From Clostridia bacterium (GTDB lineage Bacteria > Bacillota > Clostridia > Christensenellales > UBA3700): a stretch of 64,000 nucleotides of DNA. Position numbers and translations under genes: made by a program. Positions 10,229 to 20,338 of the stretch are shown here, piece after piece. The stretch is taken from assembly GCA_029061605.1 (NCBI GenBank), contig JAIDRT010000045.1:808-64807 (forward strand). The letters are read 5' to 3'. Below the pieces are notes generated by a model, which did not search any database, was not told the DNA's origin, and saw nothing but the letters and a program-made list of their open reading frames with translations. The number at the start of each line of letters is the position of its first letter. Within the stretch, counting starts at the first letter, position 1.

Positions 10229-10963
10229 TTAGATTATGTACGGCATAATTACACTTGAGACGTGGATATATCCTTCTTTAGTCAAGTGAAGTCCGTCGAC
10301 GGAATATTCTTTCTTGAGATTGCCGTTTTGGTCTTTAAGAAATGGATTTACGTCAATATATACGCAATTGCAGTCGTTGCACAAATTTTTCAGAAGTACG
10401 TTAAGTTCGTCTATGACGATATTTGTACGGTTTCCAGTCTTGCTAAAGAAAGTAGGTTTTCTTACGGCATTTACAGGGTAGACGGATTGAATAAATATTT
10501 TGCAATCTGGCAACGCAACTTGTATCTTTTGAATTATCATATGTATAGTATTTGCAATCTCTTTAGGCGGTATATTTTTTCCTATATCGTTGGTGCCGCC
10601 CAGAAAAATTATCTTGGTTGGCGCAATATCAAGCACGTTGGATTGAAGACGGTTGAGCATATCTTTAGTAGTGTCTCCAGATATACCTCTGTTGCAAAGA
10701 TTTAAATGGGGAAAGTATTCTTCAAGATCGTACATTTCCGTGATAGAATCTCCAAAGAAGACAGTTTTACCGCGAGTGGCGTTGACGCCTGCGCTTGCAT
10801 ACGTCGTTGCTTTTTTGTCTTTATTGCCGAGAAAGGTTACGCCTTGCACTCCGTAGATTGCAAAATAAGACGCCGTCAGCGTGATACATATTATTGCTAT
10901 TGCGCTTACGGTAGCAATTACGGAATTTCGTATTTTTTTGTCATAAGGTATCATATTCTGCAA
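10229..10963 (-). CDS. SGNH/GDSL esterase-lipase with N-terminal membrane anchor
   Basis: GDSITE, NRGISG, GTND, DGLH blocks. Confidence 0.9.
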   Translation of the reverse strand: MQNMIPYDKKIRNSVIATVSAIAIICITLTASYFAIYGVQGVTFLGNKDKKATTYASAGVNATRGKTVFFGDSITEMYDLEEYFPHLNLCNRGISGDTTKDMLNRLQSNVLDIAPTKIIFLGGTNDIGKNIPPKEIANTIHMIIQKIQVALPDCKIFIQSVYPVNAVRKPTFFSKTGNRTNIVIDELNVLLKNLCNDCNCVYIDVNPFLKDQNGNLKKEYSVDGLHLTKEGYIHVSSVIMPYII

Positions 10964-11173
10964 CTCCTTATTTTATCATACGTAAATTTTCCGTTGTTGA
11001 ACAACGCATCATACTTTATTTTATATGTTTTTGCAATTTAAGTAAATAGGGTAAGTTAAAAAAAATATATATTTACAAAAATTATACAAAATTTATTAAT
11101 TTGCTTTTGCAATGTAGACGGTATATGATATTATATTGATAGATAATTATATTTTGGCTTTAGAGAGGTAAAT

Positions 11174-11980
11174 ATGGCAAAATTATATCTTGTCGGCACG
11201 CCTATAGGCAATCTTTCCGACATAACTTTGAGAGCGCTTGAGACGCTTAAATCAGTTGATGCCATAGCGTGCGAAGATACTCGCCACTCTCTCAAATTGC
11301 TCAATTATTATGATATAAAGAAGCCGCTTTTTGCCTGTCACAAGTTCAATGAAAAGCAGAGTGTAGACAAGATATATTCAATGCTTGAAGAGGGCAAAGA
11401 CGTTGCGCTCATCACTGACGCCGGTATGCCTTGCATATCTGACCCGGGCGCGGTCGTAGTCAACGGACTTTTGGAAAGAGGCGTAGATATAAGCGTGATC
11501 CCCGGCGCTACGGCGCTCACCAGCGCAATGGCGCTTTCAGGCATATGTCAGTCTACGTTTACTTTTATCGGCTTTTTGCCTGCAAAGAACAAAGACAGAG
11601 ATGCGCTGTTATTACCATTTAAAAACGTAAGGACGTCTTTGGTATTTTATTCTTCACCATACGATATCAACAAGGATATCGAATATTTGCACGGCGTTTT
11701 GGGCGACAGAAAGTTGCATATCGTCAGAGAGATTACTAAGATTCACGAGGAGCATATCGTCACTAATTTGGTGGAAGGAATTCAGGAGTCTCCAAAGGGA
11801 GAATACGTTCTTATCGTAGAATGCGGGCAACAGGAAGAGAGCGCTCCGCAAGGCAGTATTGAGGAACAACTCGACGAATTACTTAAAAGCGGCGTTGATA
11901 AAAAGAGCGCAATCAAGCAAGTTGCAAAAGCAAATGGCTTGAACAAAGACGAAGTATACAAAATCGCAATAAGTAAGTGA
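11174..11980 (+). CDS. rsmI: 16S rRNA C1402 2'-O-methyltransferase
   Basis: LYLVGTPIGNLSDIT, ACEDTRH, DAGMPCISDPG, REITKIHEE, KGEY. Confidence 0.95.
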   Translation: MAKLYLVGTPIGNLSDITLRALETLKSVDAIACEDTRHSLKLLNYYDIKKPLFACHKFNEKQSVDKIYSMLEEGKDVALITDAGMPCISDPGAVVVNGLLERGVDISVIPGATALTSAMALSGICQSTFTFIGFLPAKNKDRDALLLPFKNVRTSLVFYSSPYDINKDIEYLHGVLGDRKLHIVREITKIHEEHIVTNLVEGIQESPKGEYVLIVECGQQEESAPQGSIEEQLDELLKSGVDKKSAIKQVAKANGLNKDEVYKIAISK

Positions 11981-12017
11981 TTTATTTTAAATACGTTTTA
12001 ATGATAAGTAAGAATTT

Positions 12018-12206
12018 GCAGTTGAGAATAGCCAAAAATAACACAATTTTATTTATAAAATCGCGGAGCGTCTAAATAGCGTAATTTGGTTTGAATTTTG
12101 CGTGGCGTCGAGGTCAAGGCGTACTGTATGTACGTCGACGGAGCGTCACGTGAAAGACAAGCGAATGGCGCATTTAGATGTGTTATTTTTGGTTATGCTC
12201 GACTGC
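12018..12206 (+). repeat. Structured ~189-nt intergenic element, copy B (candidate ncRNA or REP/MITE-like)
   Basis: 27-nt terminal arms 12018-12044 and 12180-12206 pair 26/27 including G-U; AT side hairpin; inner long stem with CGTAC-TGTAT-GTACG tip. Confidence 0.75.
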
Positions 12207-12219
12207 GCACAAACAAGTG

Positions 12220-12248
12220 TTGACTTTTGAACGGCTGTCGTGTATAAT
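12220..12248 (+). promoter_or_regulatory. Sigma-A promoter of the TetR gene
   Basis: TTGACT-17 nt-TATAAT. Confidence 0.75.
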
Positions 12249-12266
12249 ATAATATTAGAGGAAAAT

Positions 12267-12848
12267 ATGATAGAAAAAAGTCAATATAGAAGCGCGATAA
12301 GGTCTAAGAAGTTTATTAAAAACGCTTTTTCTGAGTTGTTGCAAAAAAAAGATTTAGAGAAAATTACTGTCACAGAGATAGTCAAGTTGTCGGGGCTCAA
12401 CAGAGGTACGTTCTATGCGCACTACAACAATATCACTGACGTACTTGAGGAAATAGAGAAGGAAGTGACAGATAAGATACTCTCGCTCTTTTCAGCATAC
12501 AAAGACAGTATCATAGAAAATCCCACTCCGTTTTTAAAGGAGATTGCAGACTTTTTGCAAAGGGATTATGAGTTTTACAAACGATTGATTTGCGCAAAGA
12601 TGGGAGAGAACTTTATAGACAAACTCAAAGAGTTTTTCGTCGCGACGGTGATGGAAGAGATCAAGACGGACGAAGTTGAAGACAAAGCAAAATTTTTGCT
12701 CATCGTCAGGTTTTATACCAACGGATTTGCCAATATGTACGTAGACGTTTTTAAGGGAAAACTCGACGTCACGTTGGATAAACTCACTGGTATGATGGGT
12801 GAAATTATTGCAGTTGGCATAGGTGAATTTAAGATAATACCGCAATAA
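12267..12848 (+). CDS. TetR/AcrR family regulator
   Basis: HTH ITVTEIVKLSGLNRGTFYAHY; ATG after GAGG. Confidence 0.92.
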   Translation: MIEKSQYRSAIRSKKFIKNAFSELLQKKDLEKITVTEIVKLSGLNRGTFYAHYNNITDVLEEIEKEVTDKILSLFSAYKDSIIENPTPFLKEIADFLQRDYEFYKRLICAKMGENFIDKLKEFFVATVMEEIKTDEVEDKAKFLLIVRFYTNGFANMYVDVFKGKLDVTLDKLTGMMGEIIAVGIGEFKIIPQ

Positions 12849-12954
12849 GAACAAATATCTAGTAGATAATAGATATTTAACAATATCAAAAAATATAATT
12901 AACTGACAGGATAAGTCAAATATCTAAAAGCCGTATGGCTATAAAGGAGCAACT

Positions 12955-14574
12955 ATGAATTACAATGCAAAAGAATACGGAATTGTCGCAGGCGAGGACA
13001 TAAGCCATACGCTTCAAAAGGCGCTTTGCGAACTGGAGAACGTAGAAGGGGAAAAGACTCTTACGCTTGAAAAGGGAGAGTATCACCTTTATTCCAACAA
13101 AGTGTGCGTCAAAGATCTTTTTATCACCAACACGGTGGGAGACAAGCAGTGGCGCAGAGGTACAGTGCCTCACCGCAACAACATTGGCATCTGGATAGAA
13201 AATCAAAATGACTTGACGATAGACGGCAACGGTTGCGTATTCGTTATGCACGGCAAGATGACGAATATCGCAATCGTCAACAGCAAAAACGTGACGCTTA
13301 AAAACTTCTCAATCAGGGTCGACAATCCAGATATGCACGAGTTTAAAGTCGTTGAAGTTGGCAAAACTCACGTCGATTTTGAGATAGACAAAGAATCAAG
13401 ATATCACAAATTCCATAGCAGATATTACTTCGTTGGCGAGGATTACCGCTCAAGATTTAATAAGTCCTGTTTGGGTTGGTGGTTTGGATATATTCCTCAC
13501 GATAACGAAAATACCATTATTAGAAAGGCTCATCCGCTCAGAGGCGCGTATATGATAAAAGAACTTGAGCCGCACAAGTTTAGAGCAAAGTATTTGCAAA
13601 CGTTGAGGTTTAAAGTAGGCGATAGATATTACGTTTATGACGAGTTGAGAAAATACAACGGAATCTTTGTGGAAATGAGTGACAACGTTGCGCTTGAGGG
13701 AGTAAATCAGCATTTCAATTACGGACTGGCTTACGTTGCGCAAAATTCAAGTAATTTGCAGATAAACGGCTGCAAGTTTGTTCCGCACGCAGAAAGCGCA
13801 AAACTTATGATTTCGGCGGCAGACTTTGTTCATATTTGTATGTGTCGCGGACAGGTCGTCATAAAAGACAGTGAATTCGTAGGCGCAGGCGACGATACGC
13901 TCAACGTACACGGCATTCACTTCAAGATCAAAAAAATCATAGGGGACAAGATAGAAGTTAGATTTTGTCATCATCAGGCGCACGGCTTCAATCCTTTGCG
14001 CGTTGGCGACGAGATTGCATTTGTTGACATTCCGTCTATGCTTGAGCACGGCAGAGCAAATATCTTGGCATCCGAACTTGTCAACGAAACTACTATAAGG
14101 CTTCAACTTGACGACGTATCTCAAGCAATAGTAGGAGATGCGATTGAAGACAAGTCCGCTACTCCTGACGTAGACTTTTCTCACAACTTTATGACGAGAA
14201 TTATCACGAGAGGCGTGCTTATGACGAGCGGCGGCAAGGTCAAGATCACCAACAATAATTTTGACAATACTTCTATGCATTCGATACTTATTTCTGACGA
14301 CGCAAAATCTTGGTATGAGAGCGGTCCTGTCAACGACGTGGAGATTGCTCGCAATAGATTTGGCAGAGTGATAGGCTATACTGTGCAGGTTATGCCGGAA
14401 AATACCGTTCACAAAGGAGCGGTGCACAAGAATATCTATATTCACGACAACGTTATTGACAACGTGGACAAGGGATGGTATTTCAAGTCGGCAGACAACG
14501 TCGTACTTGAGAACAATACTTCAGATAAGCCTATGGATATGAAAGTCATCAACGCTGACGTAACGCAAAAGTAA
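12955..14574 (+). CDS. GH110-like alpha-1,3-galactosidase (parallel beta-helix), no signal peptide
   Basis: TIDGNG..MHG, ADFVH..CRG, GAGDDTLNVHG, RFCHHQAHGF, TRGVL, DAKSWYESG resemble GH110. Confidence 0.8.
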   Translation: MNYNAKEYGIVAGEDISHTLQKALCELENVEGEKTLTLEKGEYHLYSNKVCVKDLFITNTVGDKQWRRGTVPHRNNIGIWIENQNDLTIDGNGCVFVMHGKMTNIAIVNSKNVTLKNFSIRVDNPDMHEFKVVEVGKTHVDFEIDKESRYHKFHSRYYFVGEDYRSRFNKSCLGWWFGYIPHDNENTIIRKAHPLRGAYMIKELEPHKFRAKYLQTLRFKVGDRYYVYDELRKYNGIFVEMSDNVALEGVNQHFNYGLAYVAQNSSNLQINGCKFVPHAESAKLMISAADFVHICMCRGQVVIKDSEFVGAGDDTLNVHGIHFKIKKIIGDKIEVRFCHHQAHGFNPLRVGDEIAFVDIPSMLEHGRANILASELVNETTIRLQLDDVSQAIVGDAIEDKSATPDVDFSHNFMTRIITRGVLMTSGGKVKITNNNFDNTSMHSILISDDAKSWYESGPVNDVEIARNRFGRVIGYTVQVMPENTVHKGAVHKNIYIHDNVIDNVDKGWYFKSADNVVLENNTSDKPMDMKVINADVTQK

Positions 14575-14589
14575 TCGCAGACCTTTGAT

Positions 14590-15801
14590 ATGGTACTTTT
14601 TGAGAGTTGCAGTGTCGGCAAAATAAAACTAAAAAATAGGCTCATCCGCTCCGCAACACACGACGGTTTGGCGGACGAAGACGGCGGTCCTAGCGAAGAA
14701 CTTATACGCAAGTATGCCTTTTTAGCAAAAAATGAGGTCGGCTGTATTATTGCCGGATATGCAATCGTAAGCCCAGAGGGCGCCTCGTCTTATCCTAGGT
14801 GTCTTGCGTTTTACGGAGACAGCGTCGCGGAGAAGTACAAACGCCTTACTGACGCCGTACACCAATACGGTACGCCTATAATTGCTCAACTTGCTCATTG
14901 CGGACGGCAAACGTCAAGCAAGGTGATTGGTACTAAAAAGATTGCACCCAGCGCAAAAAGACATCTCTTTTATCCAGACAAAGCCAAGGCAATGACGGTT
15001 GAAGATATTTTGTGCGTAGAAGACGCTTTTGTTGAAGCAATAGTTAGGGCAAAAGAATACGGCTTTGACGGCGCTCAAATACACTTGGCGCACGGCTATT
15101 TGCTTCACGATTTTATATCCGCCAACGGAAACAAGCGCAAGGACGAATACGGTAAAGATATTTTTGGAAGGTGCCGTATCGTCAAAGAGATATTGCAAAA
15201 GGCGAGAAGCAAAGTTGGAGATTTTCCTATCTGGGTAAAACTGTCTGCAACGGACAAGCGTAAGAGAGGTATGCGTTTACCCTATGCGATAGAGATATGC
15301 AAGTTGCTCAAAGAATACAGAGTAGACGCAATTGAAGTTTCTTGCGGCAGCGTGCAGGACGGAATGAACACTATGCGTTCCAAGCGTATGCCTATGGACG
15401 CCGTATTCAAATACAGAGAGCCTGTCGCAAGTATGCCTAAGCCGCTCAATAAATTTTGTCTTGCCTGCGCAAAACTTATCAATCCGCTTATTCCGCAGCC
15501 AAAGCCGTTGACTATGTTCAATTATGACTTGGCAATGGCTATAAAAAATCAGGTAGATATTGATTTGATTTTGGTTGGCGGAGTAGCAAAACTTGACGAT
15601 ATGCAAATGGCAGTCGACAGTGGAATTAGCGCGGTGTCAATGTGCCGTCCTTTTATCTGCGAGCCAAATTTTGCAAAAAAACTTAGTGAAGGCAAATCTA
15701 CGCAAAGTCAGTGTGTGATGTGTAACTATTGCGGACTTGTGATAGAGAAAGAGCCGACCAAGTGTCTGCTTGGCAAAATCAGAAAAAATAAAACAAGTTA
15801 G
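14590..15801 (+). CDS. NADH:flavin oxidoreductase (Old Yellow Enzyme family)
   Basis: LKNRLIRSAT, AQLAHCGRQ, GFDGAQIHLAHGYLL, RPFICEP, C-terminal CxxCxxC. Confidence 0.9.
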   Translation: MVLFESCSVGKIKLKNRLIRSATHDGLADEDGGPSEELIRKYAFLAKNEVGCIIAGYAIVSPEGASSYPRCLAFYGDSVAEKYKRLTDAVHQYGTPIIAQLAHCGRQTSSKVIGTKKIAPSAKRHLFYPDKAKAMTVEDILCVEDAFVEAIVRAKEYGFDGAQIHLAHGYLLHDFISANGNKRKDEYGKDIFGRCRIVKEILQKARSKVGDFPIWVKLSATDKRKRGMRLPYAIEICKLLKEYRVDAIEVSCGSVQDGMNTMRSKRMPMDAVFKYREPVASMPKPLNKFCLACAKLINPLIPQPKPLTMFNYDLAMAIKNQVDIDLILVGGVAKLDDMQMAVDSGISAVSMCRPFICEPNFAKKLSEGKSTQSQCVMCNYCGLVIEKEPTKCLLGKIRKNKTS

Positions 15802-15821
15802 CATAAAAAAGGGGGTATATA

Positions 15822-16349
15822 ATGGCGGTTGAGCACGTTGTAAACAAATTAAGCAAAAAATACGATAATACGTGGGGGAATAGGATAAAGACGGTTATAA
15901 TCGGTACGATCCCTGGACAAGAGTCATTATGTGGCGACTTTTATTATTTAAGCAAGAGTAACTCGTTCTGGAAAATAATGGATGAGATTATTAAGCCCAA
16001 TCCATCATTTAAAGACCTTTTGAATAAAAAGCAGTATAATGAAATATTAGATATTTTAAAGGATAACGGTATTGCTCTTTTTGATGTTTTATCAGAATGT
16101 TATATGGACGGCTCTTTAAACAAGACAATTACCAACGAAGTAAAGAACGATAATCTAGAAAAGTTCTTAAATGATAATCCTGATGTAAAAGTAGTATTCA
16201 ATGGCAAAGATGCAAAAGAATTTTATGATAAACTGTTTAGGAATGAGTATGTTGTATACAACTCATCTAATAGTTGTAGCAAAATTATAGAAGATAAAAT
16301 TAAAGGCAATGTAAAAACAGGCATCAGCAATTGGAACATAATTTTATAA
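15822..16349 (+). CDS. Uracil-DNA glycosylase superfamily protein (Mug/hypoxanthine-DNA glycosylase-like)
   Basis: IGTIPG..S...FYY....N.FW, IALFDV, VFNGK motifs; more AT-rich than its neighbours. Confidence 0.7.
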   Translation: MAVEHVVNKLSKKYDNTWGNRIKTVIIGTIPGQESLCGDFYYLSKSNSFWKIMDEIIKPNPSFKDLLNKKQYNEILDILKDNGIALFDVLSECYMDGSLNKTITNEVKNDNLEKFLNDNPDVKVVFNGKDAKEFYDKLFRNEYVVYNSSNSCSKIIEDKIKGNVKTGISNWNIIL

Positions 16350-16378
16350 GTTTTGCAAATGCAATATCAAGGTAAAAC

Positions 16379-16416
16379 AAAATACGGATAGATAAAAGCA
16401 CTATCTGTATTTTTTT
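16379..16416 (+). terminator. Intrinsic terminator
   Basis: AATACGGATAG/CTATCTGTATT followed by a T-run. Confidence 0.7.
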
Positions 16417-16509
16417 ATATCCTAGGCGTCGTTATTTTCTATATTGGCTTGACTTTATTTAATAAAATATATAAAATTAAAATATAATACTATAATTTTA
16501 TGAGGTTTT

Positions 16510-18168
16510 ATGAAAAGCGATATTGAGATAGCAAACAGCGTCAAACTTTTACCCATAACAGAAGTGGCAAAAAAACTCGATATTCAAGACGACGATTTAG
16601 AACTTTATGGCAAATATAAAGCCAAGATTTCTCAAAAGCCGTCGCCTAAGACAAAAAATCTCGTGCTTGTGACGGCTATCAATCCCACGGCGTTTGGCGA
16701 AGGTAAGACTACGACGTCAATAGGGCTTGCCGACGGAATGAGCAAGTTGGGCAAAAAGGTTTGCTTAGCATTGAGAGAGCCGTCGCTTGGACCTGTCTTT
16801 GGCATCAAGGGCGGAGCCACCGGCGGGGGTATGGCGCAGATTGCTCCTATGGAAGATATCAACTTGCATTTTACAGGAGATATGCACGCAATCACTACCG
16901 CCAACAATCTCATATCTGCCATTCTTGACAATCATCTTATGCAGGGCAACGAACTTGATATTGACTTAGACAATATAATATGGAAGCGCTGTATGGATAT
17001 GAACGACAGGGCTTTGAGATATATCGAAGTCGGACAGGGAGGCGCTAAGAACGGCATACCAAGAAAAGACGGATTCAATATCACTGCGGCTTCGGAGATA
17101 ATGGCGATACTTTGTCTTGCCAAGGATATGGCAGATCTCAAAGTAAGACTTGGCAGTATCATAGTTGCATACGATAAAAAGGGCAACGCCGTCACCGCAA
17201 AGGATTTGGGCGTCGTAGATGCGGCGGCTATTGTGCTTAAAGATGCGTTGAAGCCCAATCTCGTGCAGACGCTTGAGGGAACTCCGGCAATAGTACACGG
17301 CGGTCCGTTTGCAAATATTGCTCACGGTTGCAATACGATAATTGCAACAAAACTTGCTATGAGCGTGGCTGATTACGTAATTACCGAAGCAGGATTCGGC
17401 GCAGATCTCGGCGCGGAAAAGTTTTTGGATATCAAGTGCAGAGTTGCCGGAATTGAGCCAAAGGCGGTTGTGCTGGTGGCTACGGTGAGAGCGCTGAAGT
17501 ACAATGGCGGTATCAAGAAAGAAGACGTGGCTAAAGAAGACTTGCTAGCGCTCAAGAAAGGTATGCCCAATCTTGTGGGACATATACAAAATCTTCGCGA
17601 CGTATACGGCGCAAACGTCGTCGTCGCAGTCAACAGGTTTATTACCGATACCGACGAAGAAATCAAAATGATAGAAGACGCCTGCAAGGAGCAAGGCGCG
17701 GTATGCGCTCTGTGCGAATGTTGGGCAAAGGGCGGCGAAGGCTCTATTGAACTTGCCAAAGCAGTGCTTGAAGCAATGGATAAGCCGTCAAAACTCAAGT
17801 ATTCCTATGATCTTGATATGAGCGTTGAGGACAAAATATTCGCCGTGGCAAGCAAGGTGTATGGCGCAAGCGCAGTTGAGTACAGCGATAAAGCAAAGGA
17901 GAGCATTGCTAAGATAAACAAACTTGGCAAAGATAACTTGCCTATATGCATAGCCAAGACGCAGTATTCCTTCTCTGACGATATGACCAAACTTGGCAGA
18001 CCAACAGGCTTTACTATGACGGTGCGCGACGTGGAGATAAGAGGCGGAGCAGGATTTTTGGTAGTGGTATGCGGCAGTATTATGCTTATGCCGGGACTTG
18101 GCAAAAAGCCCAGCGCTTTGGGTATGACGATTGACGCCGATACCAACGAGATAAAAGGACTGTTCTAG
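16510..18168 (+). CDS. fhs: Formate--tetrahydrofolate ligase
   Basis: [44 protein letters not shown]. Confidence 0.97.
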   Translation: MKSDIEIANSVKLLPITEVAKKLDIQDDDLELYGKYKAKISQKPSPKTKNLVLVTAINPTAFGEGKTTTSIGLADGMSKLGKKVCLALREPSLGPVFGIKGGATGGGMAQIAPMEDINLHFTGDMHAITTANNLISAILDNHLMQGNELDIDLDNIIWKRCMDMNDRALRYIEVGQGGAKNGIPRKDGFNITAASEIMAILCLAKDMADLKVRLGSIIVAYDKKGNAVTAKDLGVVDAAAIVLKDALKPNLVQTLEGTPAIVHGGPFANIAHGCNTIIATKLAMSVADYVITEAGFGADLGAEKFLDIKCRVAGIEPKAVVLVATVRALKYNGGIKKEDVAKEDLLALKKGMPNLVGHIQNLRDVYGANVVVAVNRFITDTDEEIKMIEDACKEQGAVCALCECWAKGGEGSIELAKAVLEAMDKPSKLKYSYDLDMSVEDKIFAVASKVYGASAVEYSDKAKESIAKINKLGKDNLPICIAKTQYSFSDDMTKLGRPTGFTMTVRDVEIRGGAGFLVVVCGSIMLMPGLGKKPSALGMTIDADTNEIKGLF

Positions 18169-18216
18169 TCTAAACTCAATAAAATAATATCGACAATAAA
18201 TAAAACAAGGATAGAT

Positions 18217-19851
18217 ATGGAAGAAATCAAGTCAACGAATTTTATCGAAGAATTTATCAATGAGGATCTAGCGGAAGGCAAGGCAAAGGAAATTATCACG
18301 CGTTTTCCGCCTGAGCCTAACGGATATTTGCATATTGGACACGCAAAGTCGCTTTGCATCAACTTTGGTATGAAAGAAAAGTATCACGGCAAGTGCAACT
18401 TGCGTTATGACGACACCAATCCCAGCAAAGAGGATATTGAGTACGTCAATTCTATCAAAGAAGACATCAAATGGTTGGGCTTTGAGTGGGATGAGGAGTT
18501 GTACGCGTCGGACTATTTTGACAGAATGTACGAGTGCGCCGTCGGGCTTATCAAAAAGGGATTGGCGTACGTCTGCGACTATACTGCAGAGCAGATCAAG
18601 GCTACAAGAGGCACCTTGACCCAACCTGGCGAGGAAAGTCCTTGGAGAGGCAGAAGCGTTGAAGAGAATCTCCGTCTTTTTGAGGAGATGAAAGACGGTA
18701 AATACGCTGACGGAACAAAGGTGTTGCGCGCAAAAATAGATATGGCAAGTCCCAACATCAATATGCGCGACCCTGTAATTTACAGAGTATTGAGAGCAAC
18801 TCACCACCGCACCGGAGATAAATGGTGTATATATCCTATGTACGATTTTGCGCATCCGCTTGAAGACGCTTTTGAGGGTATCACGCACAGTATTTGCACT
18901 CTTGAATTTGAAGATCATAGACCGCTTTACGATTGGGTAAAGATAAATTGCGGTTTTGGCGAATTGCCCAGACAAATTGAATTTGCAAGACTTGGTATGA
19001 CAAGGACTATTATGTCCAAGAGATATCTCAAAAAACTCGTTGACGAAGGTAAGGTAAGCGGTTGGTCTGATCCAAGAATGCCCACGCTTTCGGGAATGAG
19101 AGAGAGAGGATATCCGCCAGAGGCTATAAGAAGATTTTGTCAGGAGATAGGCGTATCTAAGAGCCAAAGCGAAGTTGACGTGTTGATGCTTGAGCACTTC
19201 GTAAGAGATTATCTTAATATCAATGCTGACAGAATGATGGTAGTCAAAGACCCTATCAAACTTATCGTGGCCAATGCGACGGCAGACGAAGAATATCAGA
19301 TAGAAAACAATCCCAATGCGGAAGACAAGTCTACGCACAAAGTGACTTTCAGTAGAGAACTCTATATTGACAGAGACGATTTTGCTCCTGTTCCGCCTCC
19401 AAAATACAAGAGACTTGTGCCCGGCGGTAAGGTAAGGCTTAAGGGAAGTTATATTCTCGAATACGTATCTCACGAGTGCGATAAGGACGGCAACGTCGTC
19501 AGCGTAACTTGCAATTATATTCACGATTCCATCAGCGGCGGAGTCAACGCCGGTATAAAGGTCAAGGGCGTAATTCAGTGGGTAAACGCAAAAGATTGCA
19601 TAGATCTCACACTTCACGAATATGATTATTTGTTGCTTGACGGCGACGGCGATTTCAACGACAGACTTACGCCCAACAGTCATACCGCATACCCCAACGC
19701 CAAGGGAGAGAGTTTCCTCGCCACTGTGAAAGAGTATGACAGATTTCAGTTTATGCGTATGGGATACTTCAGCGCGGTAAAGGGATACGGCAAGGACGGC
19801 AAGTATGAGTTTAATCAAATCACCGGATTGAAGGACAGTTATGGCAAATAA
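18217..19851 (+). CDS. glnS: Glutamine--tRNA ligase
   Basis: TRFPPEPNGYLHIGHAKS, MSKR, DPRMPT, KGVIQWV, FQFMRMGYF. Confidence 0.96.
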   Translation: MEEIKSTNFIEEFINEDLAEGKAKEIITRFPPEPNGYLHIGHAKSLCINFGMKEKYHGKCNLRYDDTNPSKEDIEYVNSIKEDIKWLGFEWDEELYASDYFDRMYECAVGLIKKGLAYVCDYTAEQIKATRGTLTQPGEESPWRGRSVEENLRLFEEMKDGKYADGTKVLRAKIDMASPNINMRDPVIYRVLRATHHRTGDKWCIYPMYDFAHPLEDAFEGITHSICTLEFEDHRPLYDWVKINCGFGELPRQIEFARLGMTRTIMSKRYLKKLVDEGKVSGWSDPRMPTLSGMRERGYPPEAIRRFCQEIGVSKSQSEVDVLMLEHFVRDYLNINADRMMVVKDPIKLIVANATADEEYQIENNPNAEDKSTHKVTFSRELYIDRDDFAPVPPPKYKRLVPGGKVRLKGSYILEYVSHECDKDGNVVSVTCNYIHDSISGGVNAGIKVKGVIQWVNAKDCIDLTLHEYDYLLLDGDGDFNDRLTPNSHTAYPNAKGESFLATVKEYDRFQFMRMGYFSAVKGYGKDGKYEFNQITGLKDSYGK

Positions 19852-20329
19852 ACTATTTAACAGACCTAAGAATATCAAAGAAGTACGCTATGTTGATTGC
19901 TCGATATCCAAGCACAACGACGCTAGCGGTACGCAATATCTTCTCTTTGACCCAAAGAATATCACGTCGTTTGAATGCTTCAAAGGTATGGCGGGAGAGA
20001 AACTCGCGTATATCAAAGAGCGTCTCGTATGTATGTGGGGCAACGAAGAGATTGAAGAGTACGTCCTCGTCGACGAAGCGCAAAAGGATATGTTTGCAAG
20101 TCTTTGCAACGAGCAGGTTGCGCTTGACAATAAACAGGATTTTGTCAAAGCAAAGGTCGACGACGTGATAATAGAATACTCTCACAAAGCGGGAATGTTT
20201 TCGCGGTTTCATTACAACGTCTGGTTTGAATATGCAGGCACGTATTATTATCTTTATATCAAGACTTGCGACGGAACAAAGTTCAAGGCTTTGATGGAAG
20301 AATTTTTGACTTATAAAAAGATTATTTAA
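19841..20329 (+). CDS. Hypothetical protein
   Basis: Overlaps the glnS stop and ends just before asnA in the same operon; no family recognised. Confidence 0.7.
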   Translation: MANKLFNRPKNIKEVRYVDCSISKHNDASGTQYLLFDPKNITSFECFKGMAGEKLAYIKERLVCMWGNEEIEEYVLVDEAQKDMFASLCNEQVALDNKQDFVKAKVDDVIIEYSHKAGMFSRFHYNVWFEYAGTYYYLYIKTCDGTKFKALMEEFLTYKKII

Positions 20330-20338
20330 GGTGGCATT

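Noticed and set aside
12018-12206. 6S RNA interpretation of the 189-nt hairpins
   Set aside because: Length fits, but there is no two-sided central bubble (the 3' side is fully paired) and no clear promoter or terminator. Not formally excluded without an Rfam scan.
18268-19878. 536-aa antisense ORF over glnS (also 20357-21298 over asnA, 40074-41462 over rpoB and 47968-48846 over metK)
   Set aside because: Shadow ORFs in register with conserved genes, expected from codon bias (few TTA/CTA/TCA codons); no SD and no recognisable motifs.
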